Positions 38,931 through 51,246 of a stretch of DNA of 64,000 nucleotides are shown piece after piece (position 1 is the stretch's first letter; the number at the start of each line of letters is the position of its first letter). The DNA is from Eledone cirrhosa (lineage: Eukaryota), in assembly GCA_964016885.1 (NCBI GenBank), contig OZ024741.1, positions 269,638,001-269,702,000 on the forward strand, given 5' to 3'. Under the pieces are notes generated by a model, which did not search any database, was not told where the DNA came from, and was given only the letters and a program-made list of their open reading frames with translations. Position numbers and translations under genes: made by a program.

Positions 38931-39718
38931 AATAGTAATAAACGAAAGATATATACTTTATATCATATCTACTTAATTCATTATATATATTTCGAAGATG
39001 TAAAGTTTTATGTATAACATAAAGCAAAACATGTCCTCCTCAGATAAAATACATAGAAAATGTATAATTTTTTCATGATATGCTGGTTGTCAAACGAACT
39101 GGACAGATCAGTGACCACCAGGCATATGCATTTTGCTTTATGCTATACATAAAACTTCACATCTTCGAAATATATATAATGAAATAAATAGAGATGATAT
39201 AAAGTATACATCTTTCGTTTGGCAGTGTCGGTAGAGGATCGGACACCATGCTTTGTAGCATATGATCGGCCCTTTATGATCTGAGTTCAAATCCCGCCGA
39301 GGTTAACTTTGCCTTTCATCCTTATGGGGTCGATAGAATAAAGTACCAGTCACGCACTGGGATTGATTTAATCGACTTTCCCCTCCCCCCAAATTGCTGG
39401 CCTTGTGCCTATATAAGAAACCATTATGATAATAATTGGATTGGCAGTATCGGTAGAGGGTCGGACGCTATGCTTTGCAGCATAGTTGCGTCCCTTTACG
39501 GACTGAGTTCAAATCCCACCGAGGTTAACATGCCTTTCATCCTTACAGGGTCGATAAAATAAAGTACCAGTAATGCACTGGGTAATTGCTGGCCTTGTGC
39601 CAAAAGTAGAAACAATTATTATAATAATACTCAGCATAAATTTATACCGTTGAGTGATTCACATCTGTTATATATAAGAACGAGTTGATCACAAATCAAC
39701 TAACTCTTTTTCATTGAT
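38931..39718. mobile_element. Asymmetric palindromic hammerhead element (family P5) interrupted by two main SINE copies (39220-39423, 39437-39615)
   Basis: Arms 38941-39029 / 39131-39220; minus-strand HHR 38977-39051 (TATTTTAT-CTGAGGA-stemII-GAAA-TATATA-TA-ATGAA); tail with ACTC..TTGAGTG resumes at 39629. Confidence 0.65.
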
Positions 39719-40199
39719 ATATATATATATTTGTTTTGCAAGGTTTTTTATATAAAATCGTGTGTCGAAACAAATATTGATATACTTGGGTAGGATCATA
39801 TTTTTGTAATATTGCCAGAATATTGCCATGATAGACTATATATATATATATATTTATCGCTGGTCAATCAAGGATAAACATAGATTGCCAAATAAATTAA
39901 CTATGGAGATATAAAAGATACAGAAGCGAAAACCAACCAAACAGTGAGTGTGTTCTGTTATTATTTCTGGCAATATTACAGCAATATGACCCTCTTCAAG
40001 TATAACAATATATATACATATATATATATATATATAAAATAACATTAATAAAGATGCTGAAGTATAACAATCTATATACATATATATATATATAAAATAA
40101 CATTAATAAAGATGCTGATGTTACATAAATCGTTTATTCATTATAATTATTTCAACGGTTCTCCCATGCATTCAAGATGTAATTCATGCTTTTTTGAGT

Positions 40200-40425
40200 G
40201 TGAACACACACAAAAACAAGATGGCTAGGACAGAACAAAGGATAGGTACAAAAACAAAGAAAAGAATCCCAAGTCACTGAAGAGGTCACAGAATGCGTGA
40301 CGAAAGAACTTTGACAATATATAAACAATCATCTAAATTTATAAATTGATTGTAATAAATTGAAGTCAAAGCAACTGGTGCGTGTGTTCCTTATTGGCAA
40401 CATGACCCTCCCAAAGTATAACAAT
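40200..40425 (+). mobile_element. Hammerhead-bearing island ending at (TA)n (family P6); homolog at 62072-62300 (-)
   Basis: GTCA-CTGAAGA-G-GTCAC(AGAATGC)GTGAC-GAAA-GAAC-TT-TGAC at 40273-40315; 3' end CATGACCCTCCCAAAGTATAAC shared with 62072-62100 and 39985-40006. Confidence 0.6.
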
Positions 40426-40603
40426 ATATATATATTGTTCTACGCCCGTCGAATAATATTCGCATTGATATTCAAATGTAGGCACACACATGTATACACG
40501 CACATATATACACATACATACACACATACATACATTTATACATACATACATTTATACATACATACATACATACACACTTACATACATACATACATACATA
40601 CAT

Positions 40604-41200
40604 GGTGACTGCCAACTCGTTTTCGAGTACGGCCACTACTTTATATCCATGTAGGAGAACCCCTACCGATGCGCTGAACGAGTGTGACTTTTTAGTCCAG
40701 CCAGCGACTTGAAAACTCTGGTACAAACACTACGCTTGTGACAATTATTGACACATAGTGCTGGGCCCATGGTACCATGTGACGACAAGTGCAGAGAGAT
40801 CTCCAGATATAAAGCAATGCCTGTGCCGTGAAGCTTTTATAGTGAGCAAAGGCACTGTACAAAGCCAGTCCCACTCTCTTAACCAAGATAATATTTACCA
40901 AAAAGAAGAACAAGTCAACATCATTGGATACCATCAGGGTTGCAGGTGTTATATCAGAGTTTTCCTTCTCCTAGAATTCGGCCTTGACAAAGGCTAAGGG
41001 GTCATCTCTCCCGGTGATTTGGGATGGCCATTGACTCTTAAGAGCTCCTTTGCCCTTTGACAGGTTTTGTTTTTAGTCCTGCAGGATGTTCAAAGTCACC
41101 CTCCTCACCAAGAAACCTTGGTGGGGTTGCCAGTTTAGTCGCCAACGACCCGACCACGAGACAGGTTGTACTGGGATACATGTTACCAGTAGCACCAACC
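40604..41200 (-). mobile_element. ~600-bp non-autonomous RTE-like element inserted in (CATA)n
   Basis: (TACA)n on both sides; minus-strand GTCGTTGGCGACTAA and CTAGGAGAAGGAAAACTC motifs that I recall from RTE 5' UTRs; no ORF. Confidence 0.45.
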
Positions 41201-41340
41201 ATACATACATACATACATACATACATACATACATACATACATACATACATACATACATACATACATACATACATACATACATGATGGTTACACCCTCGTT
41301 ATCGAATATGAACATTACACGAAAAAAAGAATAATAATAA

Positions 41341-43820
41341 TGATTTCATTTATTGGCCACAAGGGCCGACATGAAGGGGACAATACAAAGACAGGGACAG
41401 TGGGGGCTTACAATAAGGTCGAGTAAAAGTGCACAATGGCAAGACTAATTTAACCATGAAGATATAAAAAATATAAAATAAAGTATGCATAAATATAACA
41501 AAATAAATTCCCCTATAGGAGGTTGACGACCCAGGGGTGACTCAGGTACCTCACCAATCCTGAACCACCCTGCGCTTCTAGGGCACCCAGGCAGAGCACT
41601 CTAATCAAGTTAGCTAGCCTATAGGCGCATGGTCAGAGTAGGCCCATTCACACGGGCCATTCTCGCCACATTTATCCACCTTTTAGCAAATGTACTGGGG
41701 AGGAAGCACTTCTCTCTCCACCCTCACTTTCCTTTCCAGGTGAAACTTGAAGACGTTGATGAGGGATTGGCCGAAGAGAAAAGTCTCTGTCTTCAGTCCT
41801 TTCAATCTGGTCCACCATATAACCTCTTTCGCAACTGCCACCAGGCAGAGGAAAATTGCCTGCTCTTCCTGACCAAAGGAAGGTGCCGGGCCTATCTTCA
41901 CTATGGACTCGGCCGATAGCCGGATTCGTTCCACACGTGACAGTAGCTGTTCGACATAATTCCACAAGTCAGTAATACACGGACATTGGACAAGTGTGTG
42001 CAGAACGGTTTCGTCGCTCTGTGCGCATCTTGGGAAGGTCCGTCTGACATCACATCCGTGCCTGTAGAGTTTATCTCGAACCGGCAGTGCCCCCCGGTAG
42101 CACTGCCAAGCCAGGGATTTCTGGAATTTGTCCATCGTTCTCTGCTCGAAAGTCCTCCGGTACAGACTGGTCAGTTCGACTTCGTCGAGGCCCAAAGCTT
42201 CTCCGAGTGCGTCATCGCACTTGCCGACTACTAATCCTCTATAGAACTCGAGAGTGGAAATTCCACTGATCGCATTGCCCGCTTGGTAGAGGGCAGTGAG
42301 TTCCTGGCAACATTCCAGGTGCCACTCACCCAGTCTCGGTCTCTTCTTGACCCAGGACTGCAGCTCAGTCAAAGAAACGAGCTGCGGAAAGACTCGTCTG
42401 ATAAACGGCGACCACACCTGTTCACCGTTTAGACAGAATATCTGGAGATGTCGCAACCTCAACGCATGTCTGCGCATCATTAGCAACGGCATGCCCAGCC
42501 CTCCGCGTAGAGGGTGCTGGCAGCAGATGGACCGCCTTACCAACGGAACTTGTCCACTCCAGAAGAATTTGAAGAGGCGCCGTTCCAACTTGACGAGGCG
42601 CGGACGAGGGCAAGACACGACGGTCAGGCGGTAGTAGATGACGGACGCGATGTAAGCATTCGCCACCTCCACGCGACCTTTCAGTGATAGCTTCCTCCCA
42701 GCCCATTTTGGGAGGAGACTGGCTACCCTGCTCGTTACCTCGTCCCAATTCTTTTCCACCTGGAGGTCTGGTCCGAACCAAACCCCGAGCAATTTACCGG
42801 TCCGTCCGTCCAGCGCTCCACGACGCTGTTGGACGACATGGGCATGCTTCTCTAGGTTCCGAGCTGCAAGCCCACCGACTTTTCCGGGTTAAGTTTGGCT
42901 CCTGTCAACCTTTCATATTCCGTCAATAAGGTGTCGACCACCTCGATTTCTGAGGTGTTCGACACCATCACGGTGATGTCGTCCGCATAAGCCGACACCG
43001 CCTTTCCACGTCCCGGTTCGAGCGGGATGCCCTGCAACAGCTCCAGCTTTCGCAGTAAAGGCTCGAGTGTCAATACGTACAGAAGGGAAGAGAGAGGGCA
43101 CCCTTGACGAACCTATCGGGAGAGCCGAAATGGTTCCGAGAGGTGGCCATTAACCTTGACCACCGAGCATGTGTTGTTGTGCATTGCAGTGATCCAGCTT
43201 CTGAAGACAAGGCCGAAGCCAGCTGCTTTGAGGACAAACTCCAGATACCGATAGTCGACCCGATCGAATGCTTTCGATTGATATAAATTGATCAGTGCCC
43301 CACTGAAACCAGGTTTACACCCTACTCTCTCTATGATGTATCGCATGAGGTGGAGATTGTCGTGTTTGCGCCTCCCCAACCAAATCCTCGACGACAAGTG
43401 CCAATCTCGTTGCTAACACCTTGGCAAAAATCTTAAACTCTGTGTTGAGCAGAGTTATGGGCCTGAAGTTGTCTAATGTATCCCTTTTGTTCTCGTCTTT
43501 CCTTATCAGCGTCACCACTCCCCTGCTCACAGAACTGGGAATACTCCCATTCAGCTGCCAGGTTCAGTAGAGTGCTTCGAGGATATCGGAGAACAAGTCT
43601 GGCATATTTACGTAAAGCTCGTAGGGCAGGCCATCCAAACCGGGTGACTTGCACCTCATGCAGCCGACAAGGGCGTCCTGAATTTCGGCTGAAGTAATCA
43701 GCCTTTTGCAACGTTCAGCGTTGACCGTCGAGATGCGCGGCAAGCCGTCAAAGTAGGAACTGAAATCCGTTACTCTCTCTGACTCGCCATTCTCCCAGAA
43801 CAACCGAGAAAATTGCTGGG
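41341..43820 (-). mobile_element. 5'-truncated, frameshifted Tx1/L1-clade element (family A)
   Basis: KSPGLDGLP, FRPITLLN, QSKAFDRVD, AYADDIT RT motifs; GGLGMP; C-terminal RC..ETVLH..VQC; (TTA)n tail. Confidence 0.92.
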
Positions 43821-44494
43821 GTATGTTAGTAACTGCCTCAATACAAATCTTGAGAAGCTGGGCTTCACAGGAACAGAAAGAACACAACTAGTTAGGAAAT
43901 TACAAGTACAAGCCATTAATGGAACAGTAAAAATATGTAAAACATTCCAAAAATGTTACATCTAATAACTGCATATACACATGTACAGATACTAAGCATA
44001 TACACATGCACACATACAACTCAAAACATACACATCCACACATACAATAACATCCATATCTACACATGCAGACATGCAGACATAATATACCTAGTTGATG
44101 TTGTGTAAATTTCAATGAGAGAGTCTTGTGTCTATGTTAGAAACCGTCTCTCTCTCTATTGGTAAAACTTTGTGAAATTATAAAACCAGAAGAACATACA
44201 TACATACATACATTAGATGTGTAAAATGATGTATCAGAACAAGTTGTCTACATGAATTAGTTCAAGCTAACAGGGAAGCCGCCTCTACTCAATTTCTTGA
44301 CCTACTAATAATAGCAGTCAAATCTTTCTCAAATCAAATGCTACTAGCTAAAATAAAGAAAGATGTATTTGGGATGTGCAATTGTTGATATATAAAAAGA
44401 AAGGGGTGATGGCTGGATTGTCTTTGACTATAGATCAGATGCATCTGATCTCAGGTTAAGGAACAACAGAACCCACTTAAAACGAGAGAGGAAA

Positions 44495-44760
44495 ACCAAG
44501 TTAGAAATGTGGAAAAGAAGGCAGTCCTCAAACACTCCCTCTAGCGGGTCCTGTCAGAAGCACCAGTCTCCAATTGATCCGGCTGGATCGTCCCCACTCC
44601 ACCTCCAAGCGAAACCAGCCGAGCTCGTGGATGTTATCCAACCAACCTGCTCAATATCGGCCCATGGGTTTCCTGCCGGTTGGTTTTGTCCGTAAAATAT
44701 CTCCAGCGATTTTTTCCTGGGTCATTTTAACCATAAACTCAATATTTTAATTAATTTGGC
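44495..44760 (-). mobile_element. Decayed RTE-clade LINE 3' fragment
   Basis: Manual translation ..TKPTGRKPMGRY*AGWLDNIHEL..ASDRTR*R resembles the RTE C-terminal RPxGRPxxRWxDxI..DRxxWR pattern. Confidence 0.55.
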
Positions 44761-45001
44761 CATTCCATTGATCATCTCAAGATGTCTGGGAATTCTTGAA
44801 CACGCCATGGTTCCATACATTCCAACAAGCATGAAGAGATGTGAATTATCTTCACGCTTCACTCTGCTTTGTCTCGAGGTCTTAATAAGCAATTCTTATT
44901 TCCTCAATAGATAAATAAATAAATAAATAAATAAACAAATACATAAATAAAACAATTGCTGAAATAATGTTTTTCATTCCAGCCCTATATACGTATATAT
45001 A

Positions 45002-45045
<44 letters not shown>

Positions 45046-45289
45046 TTTTCTTTATTAACCACAAGGGTTTACATAAAGTAGACATTAAGGACAGTACAGG
45101 ACAATACAGGACGGTATAAATGGGCATTTCTGCGTGTAAAAAAAAACAGAGGTTGAAATAAAATAACAAAGAAAAATTCCCCAATAGGGGGGAGACTTCC
45201 GAGGGACATTTGTGGAGAAAGCCCATTAAAAGACCACAGTGGCCCTGACCACCAGGGCAAGTGCCCTCTCCCAGTTTTCCACCTTTAAT

Positions 45290-48200
45290 TTACAGACACA
45301 TACTCAGAGAAGGCCCATTCATTCGGGCCATACTTGCTTCTCTCACCCATCTTTCAACAAAATTCTGGGAAGAGAGCACTTCCCTCTCTACCCTGATTTT
45401 CCTTTTCAAATGAAATTTGAAAAAGTTAATCAGGGCATCACCGAAGAGGTAAGTGCTCGTCTTCAGCCCTTTCAAACGTGTCCACCATACTATCTCTTTC
45501 GCCATGGCCACCAGACAAATAAAAACTGCCTGCCCTTCCAGGCTAAAGGAAGGGGGCGGGGCAATCCTCACGATGGACTCAGCTGATAGCTGGATCCGTC
45601 CTACACGTGACAGCAGGTGTTCGACATAAACCCACAAGTCAGCAATGCTCGGACACTGGACGAGTGCGTGCAGGACGGTTTCGTCGCCCTGCGCGCATCT
45701 CGGACATGCCCGGCTGACGGCACCTCCATGCCTGTAGAGTTTATCCCGAACTGGCAAAGCTCCTCGGTAGCACTGCCAGGCCAGGGATTTCTGGAAGTTG
45801 TCCATAGGCCCCGGCCCGAAAGTCCTTCCGAAGAGATTGGCTAGTTGATTTTCGTCGACACCTAGAGTTTCTCCAAGTACGTCGTCGCTCTTCCCCTCCA
45901 CTACTCCCCTATAGAACGCCAAGGTGGAGTTTCCACCGATCACATTGCCCGATTGGTCGAGGGCTGTGAGCGCCTGAAGACATTCCAGTCTCCAAGCGCC
46001 TGAAGACATCTGATCACCGTCGAGGAAGAGGTAGAGATGTCGTAGCCTGAGCGCGTGTCTGCGCATCATTAGCCACGGCATGCCCAGCCCTCCACGTAGC
46101 GGGTGTTGACAGCAGATGGACCGCCTGACCATCGGAGCGCGTCCCTTCCACAAAAAGCGAAAGAGCAAACGCTCCAGCGCAGTCAGGCGGGGCTTAGGAC
46201 AAGGTACGACGGTCAAGCGGTAGTAGATGACGGACGCGATGTACGCGTTAGCCACCTCCGCTCGACCTTTCAGGGATAGCTTCCTCTCGGCCCATTTCTG
46301 GGTGAGAGAAGCCACCCTGCTCGTCACCTCGTCCCAGTTTTTGTCCGTCTGGAGGTCCGGACCGAACCAGACCCCTAGCAATTTAACCGGCCCGTCCGTC
46401 CAGCGCCCGATGACTCTGTTGGACGGCATGGACCTGCCTCTCCAGGTGCCGAGCTGCAGGCCCACTGACTTTTCCTGGTTGATCATTGCTCCTGTCACCG
46501 CTTCGTATTCTCTTAGTGTAGTGCCGATCGCCTCGATGTGTTTGGCGTTCAACACCACTACGGTGACATCGTCCGCATATGCTGACCGGGATCTGCCGTA
46601 TCCTAGTTCGCGTGGGACCCCCTCAAAGTCTCCAGTTTGTGCAGTAATGGCTCGATAGTCAATACGTACAAGAGGGACGAGAGGGGACATCCTTGGCGGA
46701 CAGAGCGCATGATGTTGAACGATTCCGAAAGGTTACCGTTCACTCTCACCACAGAACAGATGTCGCTGAGCATGGCAGCGATCCAGCCTCTGAAGACGGG
46801 CCCAAAGCCAGCCGCCCTCAGGACTGCCGCTAGGTAACGATGGTCGACCCTATCGAAAGCTTTCGACTGATCTAAATTGATCAAGGACCCACCCGTGCCA
46901 GGTTCCCTAGCTACCCTCTCTACAATGTATCGCATGAGGTGGAGGTTGTCGTGGATGGATCTGTCGGGAATGGCGCATGTCTGCGCCTCTCCCACCAGAC
47001 CACCAACGACAAGCGCCAACCTCTTTGCTAGCACCTTGGCCAAAGTCTTTAACTCTGTGTTTAGCAGAGTTATGGGCCTGAAATTATCTATGTTAATCCC
47101 CTTGTTCGGATCCTTTCTCAGCAGCTCCACAGCTCCTCGGCTCACAAAGCTGGGAATTCTCCCGTTCTGTTGCCAGTTGCAGTAGACGTCCGCCAAGAGG
47201 GATCCGAACAAGTCTGACATTTGTACGTAAAGTTCATAGGGCAGACCATCTAAACCAGGCGATTTACCCCTTGTGCAGCCAGTCATTGCCTCCCGTACTT
47301 CAGCGGTTGTTATCGGCTTTTCGCAACACTCCGCCTCAGTGGCCGAGAGCAGCGGCAGTCCGTCGAGGTAGACACTAAAGTCCATCCCTCGATTCGGCCC
47401 GCCGCTGTCCCCGAACAGCTGGGCGAAGTGTCGCTGGAAAGCTTCACGCATTTGCCCGGGATCGAGTAGCATGCGCCCGTCGTGGTCCACCAACGACCGG
47501 TTGTGGCTTTGTTGCCATGACGCGCCTCCGCCACTCGGGCCCATTGAACGGCTTTCGTCCCCTCGTGTCTGAGAGCACGCACCCTAGCTCTGAAAACGCA
47601 GCCTTCATGCTTTGCATTGAAGAATTGGTCAAGGGCCAATTTCGCCGCAAGTACGTCGGTCGCGATGCCTTTGATGAGCGCCTCGTCTAATTTTCTAACT
47701 AGTTCTCCTTCTGCTCTATTTTTCTCTATTGCTAAAGCCTTACTAAATTTAATGGACTCTATTCTAATCACTCTTTTCAGAGCAAACCACCACTTGTTGT
47801 TGACGATGGCCCCCGTCAACGCCTGCTTAACTAGTTCGCTAATCCACTCTCTGTAGGCTTTACGCGCTGGTAAGGACGCGTTTAGCCTCCAGTAGCTGGG
47901 TCCTCGTCTATGAAGCCTATCTAAATCAAGCACACAGATCACGAATTTGTGGTCCGTGTAGCTGACTATCTTGAATTGTGGACAGCCTATGCTAGACCTA
48001 TCTATTTCCCTACAAAATACTCTATCTAGATATGATATGGATGACCCTATGCGATTTGTCCAAGTCCACATTGGCACATTCGGGAAATTCAATCGGTACC
48101 TGTCAGACAGTTCAAAACGCCTGAGCAGGTTGGTGAGGCTCTTGCACCCTCTACCTCTATCCGCTAATCCCACCCAGTCCCAGCGTGCATCTAAGATCCT

Positions 48201-48629
48201 GTTCCAGTCGCCCACTAACACTAAAGAGCGGGACGTTCCAAGAAAGGTCTCCAGATGCCGGAAGAAATCAGGCCGCCCTGCTCCTGTCGTGGAATAAACG
48301 GCCACTAGCCTGAAAGCTTGCCCGTCTCCGCTGGTCACATCCAGCACCACCAACTTACCTTCTGGGTCCAGGAAGATGGCCTGTATAGCGAGATCCAAAC
48401 CTCTCCGGAAAAGCACAGCAACTCCTCTCCCCGATCCAGGACGGCTGGGAGATGCGTACACATCGTAGCCGCCGAAGATCGGTGCGAAGGCCCGTGCTTC
48501 GGAGATTCTGGTCTCGCTGATGGCCACTACATCTATGTTTAGTGACCTGAGGTCGTTGGGCAGGTGGCCCTGCTTCCATGACGACCCGAAGCCACGCGTA
48601 TTTATGCTGCCTATTCTGAGTGAGGTCAT
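45290..48629 (-). pseudogene. Tx1 ORF2 (APE endonuclease, reverse transcriptase, CCHC), split by frameshifts
   Basis: SINTRG, ISET, VGDWN, YLDRVF, TDH (APE); PGLDG, RPITLLN, KAFDRV, VRQGCPLS, YADD (RT); CPRC..ETVLHALVQC. Confidence 0.92.
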
Positions 48630-49516
48630 GTTGAAATGGAGTGGAAAAGATGGGAAAGACCACTTACCTTACTTCTCGTAGAGGAAGGATGGTTTCTCCA
48701 TCCCTTTTCACTTGATCGTCTGGTGAAGGGACCGTTGAATCGTCCCTTCGGCTGGTCGTCGGCTCTTCTGTGAGTATATCCGAATATACTCTCCGGTTGA
48801 GTGTCTCTCCTAGGTCTCTGAAATCACCAACTGCGTTGGGGAATTTTATTTTAATGTTTGTGTATTGTTTCTGTGCTATTCTTACCAGTCTTATGTTCAT
48901 TGGTGTTTTGATTGGTACTGGTATTATGTAGTCGTGATGTGAAATGTATGTGTGTTCAATTATGTAAGTCATTGGTTTCTTGTTGTGTGTATTTATTGCT
49001 GTGCATTTCTTTTTCTGGGGGTGGGGTGCGGTTCTGCTATTTTCTTCTCGTTGTTGCTGGGTGTATTTGTTTTGTTGTTGTGTTTGCGATGTTAGTGCTT
49101 GTGATGGTGGTGTTGAAGGTGTTGTTGTTGTTGGCGGTGGGGTTGCCGCCGGTGGTGATGTTGGTGCTAGTGTGGGTGGTGATGGTGTTGGTGGTGTTGC
49201 TGCTGTAAGTCTCTTTGCAGTAGCCTATACCCTTTTTTCATTTCTTTCCTTCCTTTTCGAAGGCGACGATGCGCTGCTTCTGCGTTTGTGCCTTCTTGCG
49301 ATCTTTTGCCATCCCTCTCCCACCTCACACTCCATGTCCGATTCTGTGAGGCCGGGGAGGGGTACCAGCTCCACTCTTTCACTTGTTCTTGTTGGTGATG
49401 GTTGCAGTGGAGTCTCTGTTGCAGCTGCAGTTGGTATTACTGTTGTTGTTGTTGTTAATACTTCCACCGCTGCTGCTGTTCTTGATTTCTGTGGCGTGGG
49501 TATGGGTGCCACGGAC

Positions 49517-50727
49517 CTATCCTTCCTGCTTGCCGCCTGTCCTGTTGCTGGTAGCAGTGGAGCCGGTTTCGGAAGGGGGGGGGGGGGGTTTCTCCTTTCT
49601 CAGGGTCTTCTCATTGCAGAAGGCCCTGAGGTGAGTCTTCGACCCACAGCGAAAGCATTTCGGGCGTTTGCCCTCAACACTTATGGGCAGTTGAGTGCCG
49701 TTATCTAAGTCTATCATATCCGGGATAGCTTCGATGCACGCCTGGTTGGTTTGAACTAACATCTCAATGGAGGTGCCTACCCAATCTTCTCGTACTTTTT
49801 TCTGTACTTGCAGTACAGTTGTTTTGTCCTCGATTCCGACGAGGACAGAGGCGGCCAGCCAAGAAGGGGCCATCCCGGGAGGGGGGTCCATTTGACCCTC
49901 ACAATTTTTTGCCCGCAGTAGGAGGGCACCAACACCATTTCCTCGCTCCTTAGAGTCACTAAGGATTGAGCCTTTGCCTCCTGGGGTGTGGCAAAAAGCA
50001 CGTCCACGGTGGCATATTTCTTGCCTCGGGTGATATGCGTTTTCCGCTGCCACACAGACCCTAAGGCTTTTTGTATTTGACCCTCTGTGGCTCTTTCAAC
50101 CCTACGTGATTTTGTGCTTACTGTACGATACGTGACCGTACAGTGCTGGTGGGTTTCGAAAAAAATTTCGGCTGCCTTGCAGATTGCACGGTGTCCAGTT
50201 TTCGTCACCATCTTCTTTGCTTCCTGTAATTCCTCATTCGTTATAAGGATGGTTTCCAGGTTCTTTGCGATACCTGCAAACGAGATTGGTTTTTCTTTCT
50301 TGTTGTTGTTGTTGTCGTCGTCAGAGCTGCTGTTACTTTTGTTGTTGCTGCTGGTATTACGACCGCCGCTGTTGCTGTGGTTGTTGTTGTTGTTGCTGTT
50401 GCTGTTGTTGTTGTTACTGTTGCTGCTGTTGTTGTTTATACTGCTGCTGATGTAGTTGCGGTTGCTACTAGTGTTTTCCTTTTCACTGTTGCTGCTGCTG
50501 CTGTTATTACGGCTGCTGCTGCTATTCTTCATGACGTCAGACGAATGAAATGGCTTTCCGTATTTACCGCTCACATTTTTCGTCGTTGTCGTCGTCATGG
50601 AGAAATGTTCCAGGGAATGCACGTTCTCTTGGTGAAAGCTACCAGAAACTATATTTTTCTTTTTCTTTAATGGCGTCGCTTGCAAAAGAGGCGACACCAC
50701 ATTTAGAAAAGGGAGGGAGAGAGACAA
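49517..50727 (-). pseudogene. Tx1 ORF1 (gag-like, CCHC zinc knuckle), frameshifted
   Basis: ORFs 49777..50727 and 49517..50053; KCFRCGSKTHLRAFC knuckle; N/S-rich N-terminus. Confidence 0.75.
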
Positions 50728-51050
50728 TCTTCTCTCTGATGTAGTGACGATTGAGGAAGAAGTAGACGGAATGAGTGGGAGTGACTTGTGAAAATTCTAT
50801 TTGGTAGCCATGTTTTTTTTACGGTTTAAATGAATATTGGGCACAAAACCCCAATAAGCGGTTATTTAACCCCGAGGGGCCAAATAACGGGCAGAAAGAC
50901 CCCTCTCACGAGGAGGGGGGTGTTTTTATCTACAATTTGGTTCAAGTTTTAATCAATTTACTATTGTTATAGCAGTTAAAAATTACTATACCTTACAGAG
51001 CCGAGCCTCCGTCAACCATGGCATTCAATAATAATAATAATAATAATAAT

Positions 51051-51233
51051 TGTTTCTACTTTAGGCACAAGGCCAGTAATTACCAGTGCATTACTGGTAC
51101 TTTATTTTATCGACCCCGTAAGGATGAAAGGCAAAGTAAACCTCGGCGGGATTTGAACTCAGATCGTAAAGGGACGTAACTATGCTAGAAAGCACGGCGT
51201 CCGACCCTCTACCGATACTGCCAATCCGCCGTC
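51051..51233 (-). mobile_element. Main SINE within the (TAA)n train
   Basis: Full core motif, flanked by (AAT)n. Confidence 0.9.
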
Positions 51234-51246
51234 CAATAATAATAAT

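Larger units (their letters stand above)
45045..51026 (-). mobile_element. Apparently full-length (~6 kb) Tx1/L1-clade retrotransposon (family B), frameshifted
   Basis: Bounded by (AAT)n at 45003-45044 and 51027-51050; ORF1 and ORF2 both present. Confidence 0.92.
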
